Position numbers and translations under genes: made by a program. A stretch of 31,404 bases of DNA from a virus. Taxonomy: Duplodnaviria > Caudoviricetes. Numbering within the stretch: the stretch's first letter is position 1; each line of letters starts with the position of its first letter. The DNA lies in IMG/VR virus record IMGVR_UViG_3300025528_000275, positions 1 to 31,404 of that record, one strand, 5' to 3'. Below are positions 30,044-31,404 of this stretch, piece after piece. The notes beneath the pieces were generated by a model that was given only the letters and a program-made list of their open reading frames with translations, ran no database searches and was not told the origin of the DNA.

Positions 30044-31390
30044 ATGAGCGCGAGCGCGTCGCGTGCACGCCTGCGCGAACTCCAGCAGGCGCTCGAGACC
30101 AAGACCGCGGCGATCAACGACTTCGCGTCCAAGCGTCTGCGGGACGAGACCGGCCGCGGCCACTTCGTGGTCTCCAAGGAGGACCACGCCGAGTACCTCA
30201 AGCTGATCAACGAGGCCAACGAGATCAAGGGCCTGATCGACGCGGAGAAGAAGGCGCTCGGCCTGTACGAGTACCTCGACCAGCCGGAGCGTGACCCGGT
30301 GGCGGGGGTGATCGCCGCCCAGCAGGCCCGCGGCATGCAGTACAAGAGCCTGTCGCAGGCTTTCATCGAGTCCGAGGCGTATCAGGCGATGAAGGCCGCC
30401 GGCTTCCGGGGGGACGTCCGCGGCGTCGCCGAATTCAACCAGGGTCTTTACTCTTTCGAGACCAAGGACATTTTCACGATGTCCGCGGGCACGCATACCA
30501 CCCCCGCGTTCGGTCACGGCCAGGACGTGGGTATCTCCGAGCGGCAGCGGCGCACTAACCGGGTGCGGGACCTGTTCCCCGCCGAATCCACGACCGCGAA
30601 CATTCTCTACGGTATCCGCCAGACCGGGTTCACCAATAACGCGGCGGTGACGCCGGAGCGCACCGCGCAGAACGGCGGCCCGGCGACGGGCGGCCCGACC
30701 GACGTTTTCGGCAGGCTGCCGCAGTCGGCTTTCCAGTTCACGCCGTACACCGCGCCGATCGTGGAGATCGGCCACTACGTGCTCGTCCACAAGAACACCC
30801 TCGCGGACGAGAACCGGCTCCGCGGGATTATCGAGCGTGACCTCATCGACGGTGTGAAGCTCTCCGAGGATTACGAAATCCTTTTCGGTGACGGTGTCGG
30901 CGAGAATATGCTCGGCCTGACGCAGACGCCGGGTATCCAGCTTTACACCGGTCTTCCGACCGATAAAAAGACGGCGCAGATCCGCCGTGCGATGACGAAG
31001 GCGATTCTCGCCTACTACGAGCCGAACGGGGTGGTTCTTCACCCGCTCGATTTCGAGGATATCGAGCTGGAGGAGGACAAGACCGGCGCCTACCGGGTCG
31101 CCGTGAGCGTGGCGATCGGCGCGGAGAAGCGGGTGTGGCGGCTCAACGTGGTCGACACGCCGGCGATGCTGGAGGGTAAGTTCCTCATCGGCTCGTGGGG
31201 CTACGGCGCCAAGCTGTACGACCGCGAGCAGGTCACCGTTCAGGTGTCCACGGAGCACGCCACCGGTTTCACCGACGGCTACGTCACGATCAAGGCGAGC
31301 GAGCGTGTCGGCCTGGCGGTGGACCGGCCCGAGAGCTTCGTGTACGGCACGTTCACGCCGTACGACGAGAACGGCGGCGGCGGCGCGTGA
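30044..31390 (+). CDS. HK97-fold major capsid protein with N-terminal coiled-coil (delta) domain
   Basis: RVRDLF, EDYEILFGDGVG, VVLHPLDFEDIEL, ERVGLAVDRPESFVYG; helical N-terminus; directly after prohead protease. Confidence 0.93.
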   Translation: MSASASRARLRELQQALETKTAAINDFASKRLRDETGRGHFVVSKEDHAEYLKLINEANEIKGLIDAEKKALGLYEYLDQPERDPVAGVIAAQQARGMQYKSLSQAFIESEAYQAMKAAGFRGDVRGVAEFNQGLYSFETKDIFTMSAGTHTTPAFGHGQDVGISERQRRTNRVRDLFPAESTTANILYGIRQTGFTNNAAVTPERTAQNGGPATGGPTDVFGRLPQSAFQFTPYTAPIVEIGHYVLVHKNTLADENRLRGIIERDLIDGVKLSEDYEILFGDGVGENMLGLTQTPGIQLYTGLPTDKKTAQIRRAMTKAILAYYEPNGVVLHPLDFEDIELEEDKTGAYRVAVSVAIGAEKRVWRLNVVDTPAMLEGKFLIGSWGYGAKLYDREQVTVQVSTEHATGFTDGYVTIKASERVGLAVDRPESFVYGTFTPYDENGGGGA

Positions 31391-31404
31391 CCGTGACCGG
31401 CGGG

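Larger units (their letters stand above)
1..31404. mobile_element. Actinobacterial tailed-phage / prophage region (regulatory, replication and head morphogenesis modules); boundaries not visible in window
   Basis: Ordered terL, portal, prohead protease and major capsid genes plus phage-type early genes; very high GC. No integrase or att site seen. Whether 1-2138 is part of the element is uncertain. Confidence 0.9.

Noticed and set aside
1-31404. tRNA, rRNA, integrase, att sites, transposase
   Set aside because: None recognised by eye; a covariance-model scan was not possible.

Overview
High-GC actinobacterial (pro)phage segment. Left (1-2138, minus strand): a partial RsbW-like HATPase gene, a small hypothetical gene and an XRE-HTH regulator. 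Then a ribbon-helix-helix gene plus a plasmid-type HTH Rep gene, and small early or middle genes including a Zn-finger/MazG-like protein, a tandem-RusA protein (one copy apparently dead) and a four-HTH protein. The head module has a large terminase with a 393-aa LAGLIDADG intein in Walker A, a portal-MuF fusion, an approximately 3,930-aa multidomain protein (SH3/KOW-like repeats, wHTH, TPR-like helices, Zn/OB domain, HExxH peptidase), an Rmf-like gene, an extended HK97-type prohead protease and the HK97-fold major capsid protein. Patterns absent from the ORF track: a conserved GACGTTA-N14-YAnnnT promoter-like element before the head genes; a recurring hydrophobic-E/Q-T/Y/S-K motif in four head-module proteins (candidate maturation sites); a 15-aa Cys/Gly peptide ORF with its own apparent promoter, RBS and terminator; a 47-50-aa Zn-finger ORF before terL; and a 55-bp direct repeat bracketing one domain of the giant gene. 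All family calls are by motif recognition only; no searches were run.
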